From: Pseudomonas phage vB_PaePAO1-KEN19
Sequence record: PP456878.1
DNA length: 64,000 nucleotides
Reading direction: 5' to 3' (one strand)
Shown: piece after piece, positions 1 to 8,659 of the stretch
Layout: each line of letters begins with the position of its first letter
How positions within the stretch are numbered: position 1 is the stretch's first letter
Translations under genes and position numbers: made by a program
Notes under the pieces: model-generated
What the model was told of the DNA's origin: nothing
Database searches by the model: none
Seen by the model: only the letters and a program-made list of their open reading frames with translations

Positions 1-125
1 ATATTCATTGTTACTATTATAAATTCATTTATAGATGAGAAAAGGTTTTATCACCTTTTCAAAATCGGCATTTAATTCCAGTTAAAAAACTGAATCTATG
101 CTACATTGTAATAAAGGAGTCTATT

Positions 126-638
126 ATGACTAACTCTAATCAGTTTGTAAGAACTATTGTAAAGTACCAAGATATCCTAGATGCTTTAATTCAAAAAACG
201 AATGAGAACTGGGTTAATTATCGATCTAATTCTATTGGTCATATTGTTATTCGTGAATACAGGACTGTTGGATTATTTGTAGGTCGGCAATGTGGTAGTA
301 CAACTGCATTGATTGAGTTTGCTAATCGTCATCCTGGCGAATGTCTAGCTGTATTTGTAGAAGATAAAATTAAACAGGCTGTACTGGCTAAGTTCCAGAA
401 TGCTAAAGATAATATTGTTTCTTGTTTAATTACACACCAACTCCGTAAATATATTCATCAACCTGAGGAATCATCTATTCAAAAAGATATTAAAGAAGAA
501 TTAATATCGTCTGTAAAATATATTCTTGTTGACAATGCCTCATTTAATCTGAACCTACGCGGTATCACTGATAAAGAATTTAACCAGTGGGTTGCAGATA
601 CTTTTGGTACAGAGGTAATGGTGGTTCGTTTTAGTTAG
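126..638 (+). CDS. hypothetical protein (170 aa)
   Basis: ORF on the + strand block. Has a GRQCGSTT P-loop-like segment with no Lys. No family recognised. Confidence 0.5.
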   Translation: MTNSNQFVRTIVKYQDILDALIQKTNENWVNYRSNSIGHIVIREYRTVGLFVGRQCGSTTALIEFANRHPGECLAVFVEDKIKQAVLAKFQNAKDNIVSCLITHQLRKYIHQPEESSIQKDIKEELISSVKYILVDNASFNLNLRGITDKEFNQWVADTFGTEVMVVRFS

Positions 639-799
639 AATTAGTAACTTTGATAGTTTCTAATAAGATTAACTACACGTTATTTACATAATGTCATAAC
701 AAGAAATAAATAATACTCAGATTGTAATAATATGTAGTTATTACATATCTATATTAGGTTGTCAGTAACTCATCTCTAATATAAAATCGCCATAATTCT

Positions 800-875
<76 letters not shown>

Positions 876-921
876 ATTCATAGTTTTAGATTTAGTTATA
901 TTTCACTACTATGTAAACTAT

Positions 922-943
922 AAAGGCAGCTAATGCTGCCTTT
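922..943 (+). terminator. hairpin aaaggcagc-taat-gctgccttt followed by T-rich tract
   Basis: Inverted repeat directly 3' of the tRNA-Asn, followed by tttatg. Confidence 0.5.
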
Positions 944-1006
944 ATGTCGTCTTGTAAAAGTACCCAGTAGTTGAATCTTATAGCTGAATACAAATAGGGT
1001 AAAGAC

Positions 1007-1192
1007 ATGTCACTTAAAGCATTGCAAGATATAGTTAGTAGTGTTCCTACAAATGAACAAAAGGAACGATTAGTTAAAGTTCGGAAAACGATGGAAGAGC
1101 TAAATGAGTCTATTAAGAATCAGATTCGTAATAAACGACCTAGTCAAGCTCTTCTCGACAAAACGATAAACTGGGGTACCAAGTATGGCTAA
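1007..1192 (+). CDS. hypothetical protein (61 aa)
   Basis: ORF whose TAA stop overlaps the ATG of the next ORF (ATGGCTAAG), which suggests translational coupling. Confidence 0.4.
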   Translation: MSLKALQDIVSSVPTNEQKERLVKVRKTMEELNESIKNQIRNKRPSQALLDKTINWGTKYG

Positions 1193-1475
1193 GACATTAG
1201 TTCGTGCAAAGCTGATTACTGAGGCTGGTCAATGGATGTCGTCTGACTGGGAATGTGGTTTCCGTGCATGTCGATTCGTGAAACTTGGTAATGATCATGT
1301 AAACATAAAAGACTTTGAGGCTATGATCACGGCATTCGAAGTTGGTGACATGTTAGTGATTTGGCCAAATGGGCTTAGAACTTCGTATAGTGTGGATAAT
1401 TTCAATAAGTACTTTTCCCATATCAAAGATGAATACCATGAGACTGATCTCCGTCCACTCTTTTACCCCAAGTAG
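1185..1475 (+). CDS. hypothetical protein (96 aa)
   Basis: Same-strand ORF coupled to the upstream ORF. Confidence 0.5.
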   Translation: MAKTLVRAKLITEAGQWMSSDWECGFRACRFVKLGNDHVNIKDFEAMITAFEVGDMLVIWPNGLRTSYSVDNFNKYFSHIKDEYHETDLRPLFYPK

Positions 1476-1502
1476 TTGAGCTTATGATAACTATATTCGT
1501 GT

Positions 1503-1510
1503 ATAAATAC
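1503..1510 (+). promoter_or_regulatory. TATAAATA, exact match to the T4-type late promoter core
   Basis: Octamer TATAAATA in a 470-bp non-coding gap upstream of + strand genes. Confidence 0.25.
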
Positions 1511-1691
1511 ATTACATTCGTTATACCCTTTAATTGATTGAAATCAAGCTACATAAAAGTGATTGAATGGTCCATGTAGGTGATAATTTTAATAAAGGTA
1601 AAGGATTTATCAGAGAATATCTCAGTGCATTTAGGTATTTTATCACTCGCCTATCTAAATCACATAAAGCCCTTTACCGAGGAATGTGAGA

Positions 1692-1787
1692 ATGTTGGTT
1701 GCGATTGATAATACTGGGACAGAATATGATGTCGACCCAACTGATGAAGTAGACGTAATGTTTGTATTTAGACCCACACTAAAATAA
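1692..1787 (+). CDS. possible small acidic ORF (31 aa)
   Basis: ATG preceded by GAGGAA. Lies in a non-coding gap. Speculative. Confidence 0.2.
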   Translation: MLVAIDNTGTEYDVDPTDEVDVMFVFRPTLK

Positions 1788-1946
1788 CTTTATATGACTT
1801 AATACCCCTCTATATAGAGTGGTCTATTTATAAGTAAAATTATACATAGAGTTAATATTATTTGTAGATTAGTTCTACACATAACTCAACTTGAAACCGG
1901 GTGTTAATAAAATTTAACACTACGGAAAACATAAAGGTGTATAAAA

Positions 1947-2576
1947 ATGGCTTTTCATTTTACTGAAGTAGATTTAAATGATTTTATCAATGAATCAGGT
2001 AAAGACTTAAAAATAAATGTTGGTAAACAAACACTAGCAGTTTATGATATCGATAGGCTAAATATTGTTAATTCAACTATTAATAAACTAGTTTATAATG
2101 AACCTATAAGTGAAGAACACATAGATGCATCACTTACAGATAATTCATTAAAAGAGCTTAATGATTATTTACTAAATGTTGGTGTTACTGAAAGCGCTAA
2201 AATGATGATTGATGCTGTGTTAGAATTAAGCGATTATCATAAAAGTGATGAATACTTTAACCCAATGATGTATAAATTAAAAAGTATGCACACTAAAAAT
2301 ACAGATGGTGTTTATTTGATATTTTTACCAACGCCTACTATCGATGATCAAATTAACACCATGCAAGGGTATATTATCAATAAATCCGGTAATCTCATTA
2401 GGACTACTGTACAGTCATGGCGATTTGAGAAAATTGAATTCAAAGACTTAGCCAAACATGATAGACGTTGGTTATTTATTGAATATTACATTAATGTTAA
2501 ACAAACGAAAAATAATATAATCAAAGAGCAACAAGATGAATTAACTAAATTTATTTATTATAGTACTCTAAGTTAA
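1947..2576 (+). CDS. hypothetical protein (209 aa)
   Basis: ORF preceded by aaggtg. Ends before a bidirectional hairpin. Confidence 0.55.
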   Translation: MAFHFTEVDLNDFINESGKDLKINVGKQTLAVYDIDRLNIVNSTINKLVYNEPISEEHIDASLTDNSLKELNDYLLNVGVTESAKMMIDAVLELSDYHKSDEYFNPMMYKLKSMHTKNTDGVYLIFLPTPTIDDQINTMQGYIINKSGNLIRTTVQSWRFEKIEFKDLAKHDRRWLFIEYYINVKQTKNNIIKEQQDELTKFIYYSTLS

Positions 2577-2600
2577 AACAAATAAAAAAATAAATATAAG

Positions 2601-2623
2601 AGCTAGCCCCTAATGGGCTAGCT
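2601..2623. terminator. bidirectional hairpin agctagccc-ctaat-gggctagct
   Basis: Perfect 9-bp stem between convergent genes, T-rich on both sides. Confidence 0.6.
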
Positions 2624-2633
2624 TTATGTTATC

Positions 2634-2771
2634 TTACTCTGCTACATCTTTTACATCAGGTTTATTATTCCAACGTACTGCTCTCGCAATACCATACGTA
2701 AGAATAAGAGCACCTACGGTGCCAATAGTGGTGCTAATAATAATGCCAAGAGTTTTTGGATCAATATTCAT
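2634..2771 (-). CDS. small hydrophobic membrane peptide (45 aa, MNIDPKTLGIIISTTIGTVGALILTYGIARAV...)
   Basis: Found by hand-translating the - strand. AGGA lies 9 nt upstream of the ATG, and the promoter motif is upstream. The + ORF 2626..2814 in the track is its antisense artefact. Confidence 0.4.
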   Translation of the reverse strand: MNIDPKTLGIIISTTIGTVGALILTYGIARAVRWNNKPDVKDVAE

Positions 2772-2827
2772 ATTTAGTATCCTATTTACAATTAATAGAA
2801 AATATTACTTTTAGTAATATCAAGTTA

Positions 2828-2860
2828 ATGATATACTGTTTAAATATGTTTGAATATAAC
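2828..2860 (-). promoter_or_regulatory. conserved early-promoter motif (family 1 variant)
   Basis: The + strand reads gatatactgtttaaatatgtttgaatata. Its reverse complement gives TATATT-N18-TATATC-like boxes matching the repeated motif found at 23738, 30079, 33595 and 49348. Confidence 0.35.
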
Positions 2861-2918
2861 TTTATTTATTATAATAAATAAAATAATACTTTCATATACA
2901 CTATATGTAGAAGATTCC

Positions 2919-2995
2919 GCCGCTATAGCTCAGCTAGGTAGAGCAACGCACTTGTAATGCGTAGGTCCTCCGTTCGATTCGGAGTGGCGGCACCA
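2919..2995 (+). tRNA. tRNA-Thr(UGU): tRNA-Thr (anticodon UGU)
   Basis: Cloverleaf with acceptor gccgcta/tggcggc, D arm gctcagctaggtagagc, anticodon stem acgca/tgcgt and loop ctTGTaa, T arm ctccgttcgattcggag, discriminator a plus CCA. Confidence 0.85.
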
Positions 2996-3073
2996 AATTT
3001 ACTGAGGTTTAAACTATTCTTAAATATATTAGTTAGGATGGGATTGAACGCGAAAGACTCAGTAAATCATATT

Positions 3074-3093
3074 GCCCCTCCATATGGAGGGGC
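3074..3093 (+). terminator. hairpin gcccctcc-atat-ggaggggc followed by ttatgtttg
   Basis: 8-bp GC stem 3' of the tRNA-Thr. Confidence 0.6.
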
Positions 3094-3343
3094 TTATGTT
3101 TGTCATTAATCAGGAAAATATAAAATGAGTCATCTATTATTTATCATCCAAGAATACATTACTAATAAATTTGAGGTAACACGAATTGATATGAAGCCAG
3201 GTAATAGAATGTTACGTGTATGTTTATACGGTCAACATGAGGGAAAAGGTTTCGTCCGTATAGATTTATGGTCAGTTGGTTATCGCATTACAAAGAAATA
3301 ATACTCCAGATTATTTAATATGTATTAATCAAAGGAGTTTATA

Positions 3344-3754
3344 ATGAGTAATGAAACTAACTATCTAGGTTATGAATGGAAAACAGATATAACTACTTCA
3401 AATCTTAATAGAGTGGTTGATTTATATACACTTGAATTAACATGGTTAAAAGAAGATTTTAATGATACTCTTTTTATAAAGTCTTATAAAGTGCTAGAGG
3501 GTCTATTAGAGGAACCGTCTAGGGCAATCCATGATGATACAGTAACCGTTCAAGATCAATTAGATGAATTAAATACTGTTTTTAAATTAGTATTTGGAAA
3601 AGATAATGACGTAGAGTTATCAATTAATAATGATTCAATTATTGTGATCGGTGCTACAGATGCAACTAAAGAAAAATTAGAAGCAGAGGTGCGTGAGTTT
3701 GCATATAGAAAATCATTAATTGATGAACGTTATCCAGACATTGTAACGGATTAA
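3344..3754 (+). CDS. hypothetical acidic protein (136 aa)
   Basis: ORF preceded by aaggag. Confidence 0.55.
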   Translation: MSNETNYLGYEWKTDITTSNLNRVVDLYTLELTWLKEDFNDTLFIKSYKVLEGLLEEPSRAIHDDTVTVQDQLDELNTVFKLVFGKDNDVELSINNDSIIVIGATDATKEKLEAEVREFAYRKSLIDERYPDIVTD

Positions 3755-3834
3755 AATACTTACAGCTATCTAGTATGTAACTAGGCGGATTGCCATTTGT
3801 AAATTATCTATTTAATCAAACTGAGGAAATACTA

Positions 3835-4224
3835 ATGAAACAATTCTTTCAACTACTTCTAAGCCTACTTTTCAAACTACCGGTTCTATCATATTTTGCT
3901 GAGAAGAAACGACTAGAGAAAGAGAAAAAGGAAGAAGAAAAGCGTCAGCAAGAACAACGTCAAAAAGAACTACTTGACGAACAGCGTCGCGAACAAGAAG
4001 ATCATTATCGAAAGACGGCTTACGATCGCCTAGCAAAACTTATTCATACTCGGTGGTATGATGAGTTTAATGCATATGAAAAGAAACTAGTTGATCTTGC
4101 CGTGTCTACTGGTAAAGCAGTTAGTGTTAAGTATGGTAAAGTTACTAAGATGCAACACCCTCATCAATTTAAACTACTTAATGATTGGCTGGATGATATT
4201 CCAGTAGAAGATTTTTCTAAGTGA
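3835..4224 (+). CDS. membrane-anchored protein with a highly charged K/E/R/Q coiled-coil segment (129 aa)
   Basis: Start moved to the internal ATG, which is preceded by GAGGAAatacta. N-terminal hydrophobic helix MKQFFQLLLSLLFKLPVLSYF, then EKKRLEKEKKEEEKRQQEQRQKELLDEQRREQE. Confidence 0.5.
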   Translation: MKQFFQLLLSLLFKLPVLSYFAEKKRLEKEKKEEEKRQQEQRQKELLDEQRREQEDHYRKTAYDRLAKLIHTRWYDEFNAYEKKLVDLAVSTGKAVSVKYGKVTKMQHPHQFKLLNDWLDDIPVEDFSK

Positions 4225-4250
4225 GTTTAAATAAAAAAATAAAGACATAT

Positions 4251-4272
4251 CCCCTCTCCGTATGGAGAGGGG
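4251..4272. terminator. bidirectional hairpin cccctctcc-gtat-ggagagggg
   Basis: Lies between convergent + and - gene blocks. A-rich upstream and tttatg downstream. Confidence 0.65.
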
Positions 4273-4284
4273 TTTATGCCGTAA

Positions 4285-4965
4285 TTATACACTTACTTTG
4301 ATAAGATTTTTAATATCAGTAAAATGGGTATATGTTGCCTTTTTATCTTTGTGAACCAGTAAGCAACAGGTGCCTTCATTTACTGTATTGGTTTGTTTTA
4401 ATGGGATATTTAAAGCATATTCAAACAGATCATCCATCCAGTTAAATACCATGAACTTACTGATAAGGACATGATCGAAATCAATTAATCCAATAAACGA
4501 ATCGATCTCAAATTGATAATACTCTACAACCATTTTAGACCATTCTTTGTTTATTGCCTCAATGACATTAGGATTATTTATTTTATTAAATAACTCAGTG
4601 CGTTCCTTAGTAGGTAAACTGAGGTAATAATTAATATTACTCCTAACGATATCTGGATTAGTGATATCAATTTTTTCTGGTAAGTTATATTTACTATCTA
4701 CATAATTCTTAGTTTCTGGCGTCATTCTCCAGCAACCATAATCAGCAGTAGTACTTGATAGATCTACTCTAGCCTCTACTACTTTAGAAAATACATTTAC
4801 ATATAAATTAACAGATTCACATATATCAGGTCTGATTGAATTAAAGTTTAAACTTTTAATAAGACCCCTAACTGGTCGAGTACCAATTAGACAATGCAAT
4901 TCAAGCTTAACATTTTCCTCTTTAGCCATCTTAAATATATCAGCAAAACTGAGCTTTTCTGCCAT
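4285..4965 (-). CDS. hypothetical protein (226 aa)
   Basis: First gene of the long minus-strand block. Confidence 0.55.
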   Translation of the reverse strand: MAEKLSFADIFKMAKEENVKLELHCLIGTRPVRGLIKSLNFNSIRPDICESVNLYVNVFSKVVEARVDLSSTTADYGCWRMTPETKNYVDSKYNLPEKIDITNPDIVRSNINYYLSLPTKERTELFNKINNPNVIEAINKEWSKMVVEYYQFEIDSFIGLIDFDHVLISKFMVFNWMDDLFEYALNIPLKQTNTVNEGTCCLLVHKDKKATYTHFTDIKNLIKVSV

Positions 4966-5115
4966 TTAGAATATACCTTTTATTAATTGGACAAATAGAT
5001 TAGATACACATAGCAATAGAATAAACCATAAACCTAGTCTTTGTAATTTATCTATACGCTTAGCTTTTTGTTTCCTCTCTAATCTAACTAATAATGTATT
5101 TTTAATATCATTCAT
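4966..5115 (-). CDS. small protein with C-terminal TM segment (49 aa, MNDIKNTLLVRLERKQKAKRIDKLQRLGLWFILLLCVSNLFVQLIKGIF)
   Basis: Hand-translated. Its TAA stop directly abuts the ATG of gene 4285..4965. Not in the track because it is under 60 aa. Confidence 0.35.
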   Translation of the reverse strand: MNDIKNTLLVRLERKQKAKRIDKLQRLGLWFILLLCVSNLFVQLIKGIF

Positions 5116-5133
5116 TAAATTATCTCAGATTTT

Positions 5134-5664
5134 TTAGACGGTGTATAAACCCTCAGTATTACATGTTGTTATGATATTGTAAAGACGATGCCAATAGCGA
5201 TCATACGTATTTTTACGTTTGTAGCTATTGGTGCGGATGACTAGATTGGCGACCCAGTGATTCTGATCAATGGTCTCATGTAGATGCCCGAAATAAGCCC
5301 CCAGTTCAATTTCGAATGGGATCTTACACTCACGCCCCTTACACATTGCTTCACGCAATAAACGCATTGCAGAATTCTCTGCATTGGTATCTTTAAATAA
5401 AAGACTAATGTATCCAGGGCTACCACCAGTTTCTTCATCAACATGGCCTGAACAGCAATAAATAGTTGCAACATTGGTAAATTGATTAAACCATTTAATT
5501 AATGGCCTACATGCTTCATCAATAAGATCTTCATATTCAGGTTTATACATTACTTTAACAGTATCATCTGCACGTTGTTTCACATGATGAAAATATTGCT
5601 CCCAATTTACATTAGTGTAATATAGCATATCCATATTAGAATTACTCATACAAATCAACCCCAT
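5134..5664 (-). CDS. hypothetical protein (176 aa; start may be the Met at 5649)
   Basis: Same-strand ORF. Its first ATG overlaps the upstream stop. The alternative Met at 5649 sits after GGGG. Confidence 0.5.
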   Translation of the reverse strand: MGLICMSNSNMDMLYYTNVNWEQYFHHVKQRADDTVKVMYKPEYEDLIDEACRPLIKWFNQFTNVATIYCCSGHVDEETGGSPGYISLLFKDTNAENSAMRLLREAMCKGRECKIPFEIELGAYFGHLHETIDQNHWVANLVIRTNSYKRKNTYDRYWHRLYNIITTCNTEGLYTV

Positions 5665-6392
5665 ATGTTATTGGCATATTCGCGGTCATTGAAAATGCGG
5701 GTAAGATCCATCCGCTTTTGAATGCGCGCTAGTATCCATTTTAGTTGTTTAGTTGATAGTTCTTGATTTTGCTTGTACTCACCTGTAGCATGGATGTAAT
5801 AATCAAATTTACGACTTACAGTAGTAGTATGTGCACATGCAATAGCAAATGCTTCAAGTGCAGTTAGTTTGGTTGATCCATTATCATTACAATTAGGGAT
5901 AAACTCAAGTACACTATTAACTGCATCTACACCACTACCCAAATGAGCCCAATCTTTCTTGGTGATGTTGATACCCATGTCTTTAAGAATAACTGTATAT
6001 ATGTCACCATTCTCCATAGTGAACATCATAGAAGTATTACCATTAAACAACCTGCGTTCTATGACTGGCAAGATATTTACTTCAACTTTAAACCAATCAG
6101 CTAAATCAACACCTGCGGTAAGGGCATTCAATAGATCATAAACATTATCTATAGTTCCAGCAAAAGCCATAGTTTTAACACGTTTGCCTTGCCAAGTAAC
6201 AGTCGGATGAAAAATTATCTTGTGGCAATCATTGTAATATACATCTACACCTTCAGCTTTAGCAGTTAGATCAATATAACCGTTATCTAATACTGGAAGT
6301 CGCCCAATGCTATCAGTTGCATTATTCCGCTCAATTAATAGGCAGTCTGCAATCATGACTTTACCATCATTTACGATATATGTCATTTTCAC
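5655..6392 (-). CDS. hypothetical protein (245 aa)
   Basis: Same-strand ORF, no motif recognised. Confidence 0.55.
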   Translation of the reverse strand: MKMTYIVNDGKVMIADCLLIERNNATDSIGRLPVLDNGYIDLTAKAEGVDVYYNDCHKIIFHPTVTWQGKRVKTMAFAGTIDNVYDLLNALTAGVDLADWFKVEVNILPVIERRLFNGNTSMMFTMENGDIYTVILKDMGINITKKDWAHLGSGVDAVNSVLEFIPNCNDNGSTKLTALEAFAIACAHTTTVSRKFDYYIHATGEYKQNQELSTKQLKWILARIQKRMDLTRIFNDREYANNIWG

Positions 6393-6429
6393 TCCTTATA
6401 ATAAAATAAATAGGCTTAAGCGAAATAAA

Positions 6430-6449
6430 GCCCTCCCCGAAGGGAGGGC
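6430..6449 (-). terminator. hairpin gccctcccc-ga-agggagggc
   Basis: Member of the repeated GC hairpin family, downstream of gene 6553..6933. Confidence 0.6.
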
Positions 6450-6462
6450 ATTATCAATAGGT

Positions 6463-6526
6463 GGGATCTCGGCGGCACCTTCATTTGCGGACGGGAACGC
6501 TGAAGGGAGATAGTCCGGGAGATCCC
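6463..6526 (-). promoter_or_regulatory. GC-rich compound stem-loop (gggatctc...gagatccc enclosing GC-rich arms)
   Basis: 64 nt with 8-bp closing stem, unusually GC-rich for this genome, immediately upstream of gene 5655..6392. Confidence 0.3.
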
Positions 6527-6552
6527 GATTTGGGTATTCTTTACATATGGTA

Positions 6553-6933
6553 TTACTGCAAGTATTTGTTCCCCGCAGTATAATCACCATTGATCCAATT
6601 TTTGATTACAACACTGATCCCTTCATTTTCTTTAACGGTAACCCCCAACTCAAGATCGATTGATTGATAAGCTACAGCCGCCAGTGTTAACCGAAGATAA
6701 ACGGATCCATCTTTTTCGATATCGTAGGATACTACGAACCCGTCTTGTAGATTTTGTAGCTGGAATGTATTAGCATGTTGCGGGTGGAGACGATCCATAT
6801 TGTACTCAACGACATCTAGTAGATATTGCCGAGCATCAGCAGCATTATCAAATCCGAGATCGCGCAGACCGATCGGATAGCGAGCTTGCGTGCATGTAAC
6901 TTTCATAGATACTACACGATGTTGTTTGCACAT
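6553..6933 (-). CDS. hypothetical protein (126 aa)
   Basis: Same-strand ORF. Confidence 0.5.
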   Translation of the reverse strand: MCKQHRVVSMKVTCTQARYPIGLRDLGFDNAADARQYLLDVVEYNMDRLHPQHANTFQLQNLQDGFVVSYDIEKDGSVYLRLTLAAVAYQSIDLELGVTVKENEGISVVIKNWINGDYTAGNKYLQ

Positions 6934-6959
6934 TATATTTTCCTCTTAGATGTCAAAAA

Positions 6960-6980
6960 CCCTCCCCGATCAGGGGAGGG
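6960..6980 (-). terminator. hairpin ccctcccc-gatca-ggggaggg
   Basis: GC stem downstream of gene 7075..7488. Confidence 0.55.
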
Positions 6981-7074
6981 TATCTCATTGGTACTTCTTC
7001 AGCAAAACTGAAACTAAGATAAAAGAGCAATCGTAAAGGAACTACATAGAATAGTGTATTTCTTTTACTATTTT

Positions 7075-7488
7075 TTACACAACCTCTTTAGATGGGGGTT
7101 CTTTATGAATCCAGTCTAAAGTTGTTGGTAAACTATTATCTGATCTGAAGGTACACACCGTCCGGAACCGAGAGTGATCAACTACAGATAATTGCCCGTT
7201 AATCGCAACCTCATATTGCCTACACAACTTCACACACTTTTTCTCTAGATCAGTTGGTTCATAACCTTCTTCTCTTGGTTCAGTGTATGGTCCATCCCAA
7301 AAGAATATTAATCTAAGATCAATCCCAGACTTATACTCCGCTTGGTATGAATATTGATGAACATCAAAATCATCTAATTCTTCAACTAGATGTGATGTTA
7401 TTGTTCTAGGATGTTCATGAGTTAGTTCACTGTATATATGTTTATTTCTAGGATTTTGTAAATCAACTACGATAAGTTGACTAGCCAT
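7075..7488 (-). CDS. hypothetical protein (137 aa)
   Basis: Same-strand ORF. Confidence 0.5.
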   Translation of the reverse strand: MASQLIVVDLQNPRNKHIYSELTHEHPRTITSHLVEELDDFDVHQYSYQAEYKSGIDLRLIFFWDGPYTEPREEGYEPTDLEKKCVKLCRQYEVAINGQLSVVDHSRFRTVCTFRSDNSLPTTLDWIHKEPPSKEVV

Positions 7489-7490
7489 AT

Positions 7491-8144
7491 TTAGCTTTTA
7501 TCCAGATGTCTATTACGAGTGCGTTCCACTGCTGTAGGTTCGACAGTGGCTCGCGGTAGATAAGTAATCTCCGGGAAAGTCTTATTAAGAGCATCTTCAA
7601 TTAGCTCTTTAGCAATCTCTGCATCGATGTAATGGTTTAGAATAATACCACGATGATACAGGAAGAAGCTGTATTCATCATAACCATGGCGAAGACTTAC
7701 TTTACCACGATACCCACCATAGGTTAGAGTATCTTCGTTAATTTCATTCCGATAAATATCAAGTTGGATATTATTTTGAAGATGCATTTGAATGAAGTCA
7801 TTACCATCGCCACCAAATAGGGTTGGTCGTTTCCGACCGGTAACAACATCTTGGATGGAATCCATTAGTCGGTTAATGTCTGTTTCTAATCGTTGGATAT
7901 CACATTGAGAATTCATTGCTTCATGAAAACGAGTTACAACTGCATTGAATTCTTCTTCAGTCCAACCATTGGTACGTTTTTCATAATCAACAATGATAAT
8001 ACCGAACCAGGCATAACCGTTAGAATGTTTTACTTTAACACATAGATGAGGTACATTATCAGCACCTGACTGATGGTTAACAGTGTAATTATTATTACGG
8101 CTGATTACTAGTTTGATAAAAGGTAGACTAATGATTGACGCCAT
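7491..8144 (-). CDS. hypothetical protein (217 aa)
   Basis: Same-strand ORF. Confidence 0.5.
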   Translation of the reverse strand: MASIISLPFIKLVISRNNNYTVNHQSGADNVPHLCVKVKHSNGYAWFGIIIVDYEKRTNGWTEEEFNAVVTRFHEAMNSQCDIQRLETDINRLMDSIQDVVTGRKRPTLFGGDGNDFIQMHLQNNIQLDIYRNEINEDTLTYGGYRGKVSLRHGYDEYSFFLYHRGIILNHYIDAEIAKELIEDALNKTFPEITYLPRATVEPTAVERTRNRHLDKS

Positions 8145-8236
8145 GGAAATATTCCTTTTGTATTCTTTAAATTAAAGTAGGAGTTATTTTTTGAGTTTCA
8201 ACTCAATACATCAATAACTCCAGTATGTTTTCAAAA

Positions 8237-8635
8237 TTAAATACATGTATTTACAGTTACATTGTAACCAGTTAGTTTTGCCAGCAATACGAATGAGCGA
8301 ACCTGTTCGATTTTTTCAGAAACAATGAAAATATGTGTAATACGATCCTCATCAACATACTGATATCGAAATGAAGTATAGCTAAATGACACATCCGTAT
8401 CGTTTAAATAAGTGATATTAAAATCATCTACTTCCCTATCAAGCTTACTAAGCTCTGTAAGTAATACTTGATAGGGCGTAATGGTGATACGGTGGTTTTC
8501 ACAACGTTGAATAAGCTGATGTAGTTTAGAAGGCAGTTTATCAACTACCTTTTTATAACTATCATCACATTCTAGAAAGTTATGCGCCAAACCATTGACC
8601 GCTGCAACGGTATTTAAAATGTTAAGTAGACTCAT
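8237..8635 (-). CDS. hypothetical protein (132 aa)
   Basis: Same-strand ORF downstream of the AAA gene. Confidence 0.5.
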   Translation of the reverse strand: MSLLNILNTVAAVNGLAHNFLECDDSYKKVVDKLPSKLHQLIQRCENHRITITPYQVLLTELSKLDREVDDFNITYLNDTDVSFSYTSFRYQYVDEDRITHIFIVSEKIEQVRSFVLLAKLTGYNVTVNTCI

Positions 8636-8659
8636 TTTACAGATCCCTTTTTTAGTATA

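Noticed and set aside
2626-2814. + strand 62-aa ORF from the track
   Set aside because: It is antisense to a better-supported minus-strand membrane-peptide ORF with its own RBS, promoter and terminator, and it overlaps the promoter motif.
3001-3060. tRNA-like fragment after tRNA-Thr (ggattgaacgcgaaagactcag)
   Set aside because: It cannot be folded into a cloverleaf with acceptor and anticodon arms. Probably just flanking sequence or a processing hairpin.
6396-6590. 64-aa minus-strand ORF spanning the GC-rich structure
   Set aside because: It starts inside the preceding gene and is composed of the hairpin sequences. Most likely non-coding structure.
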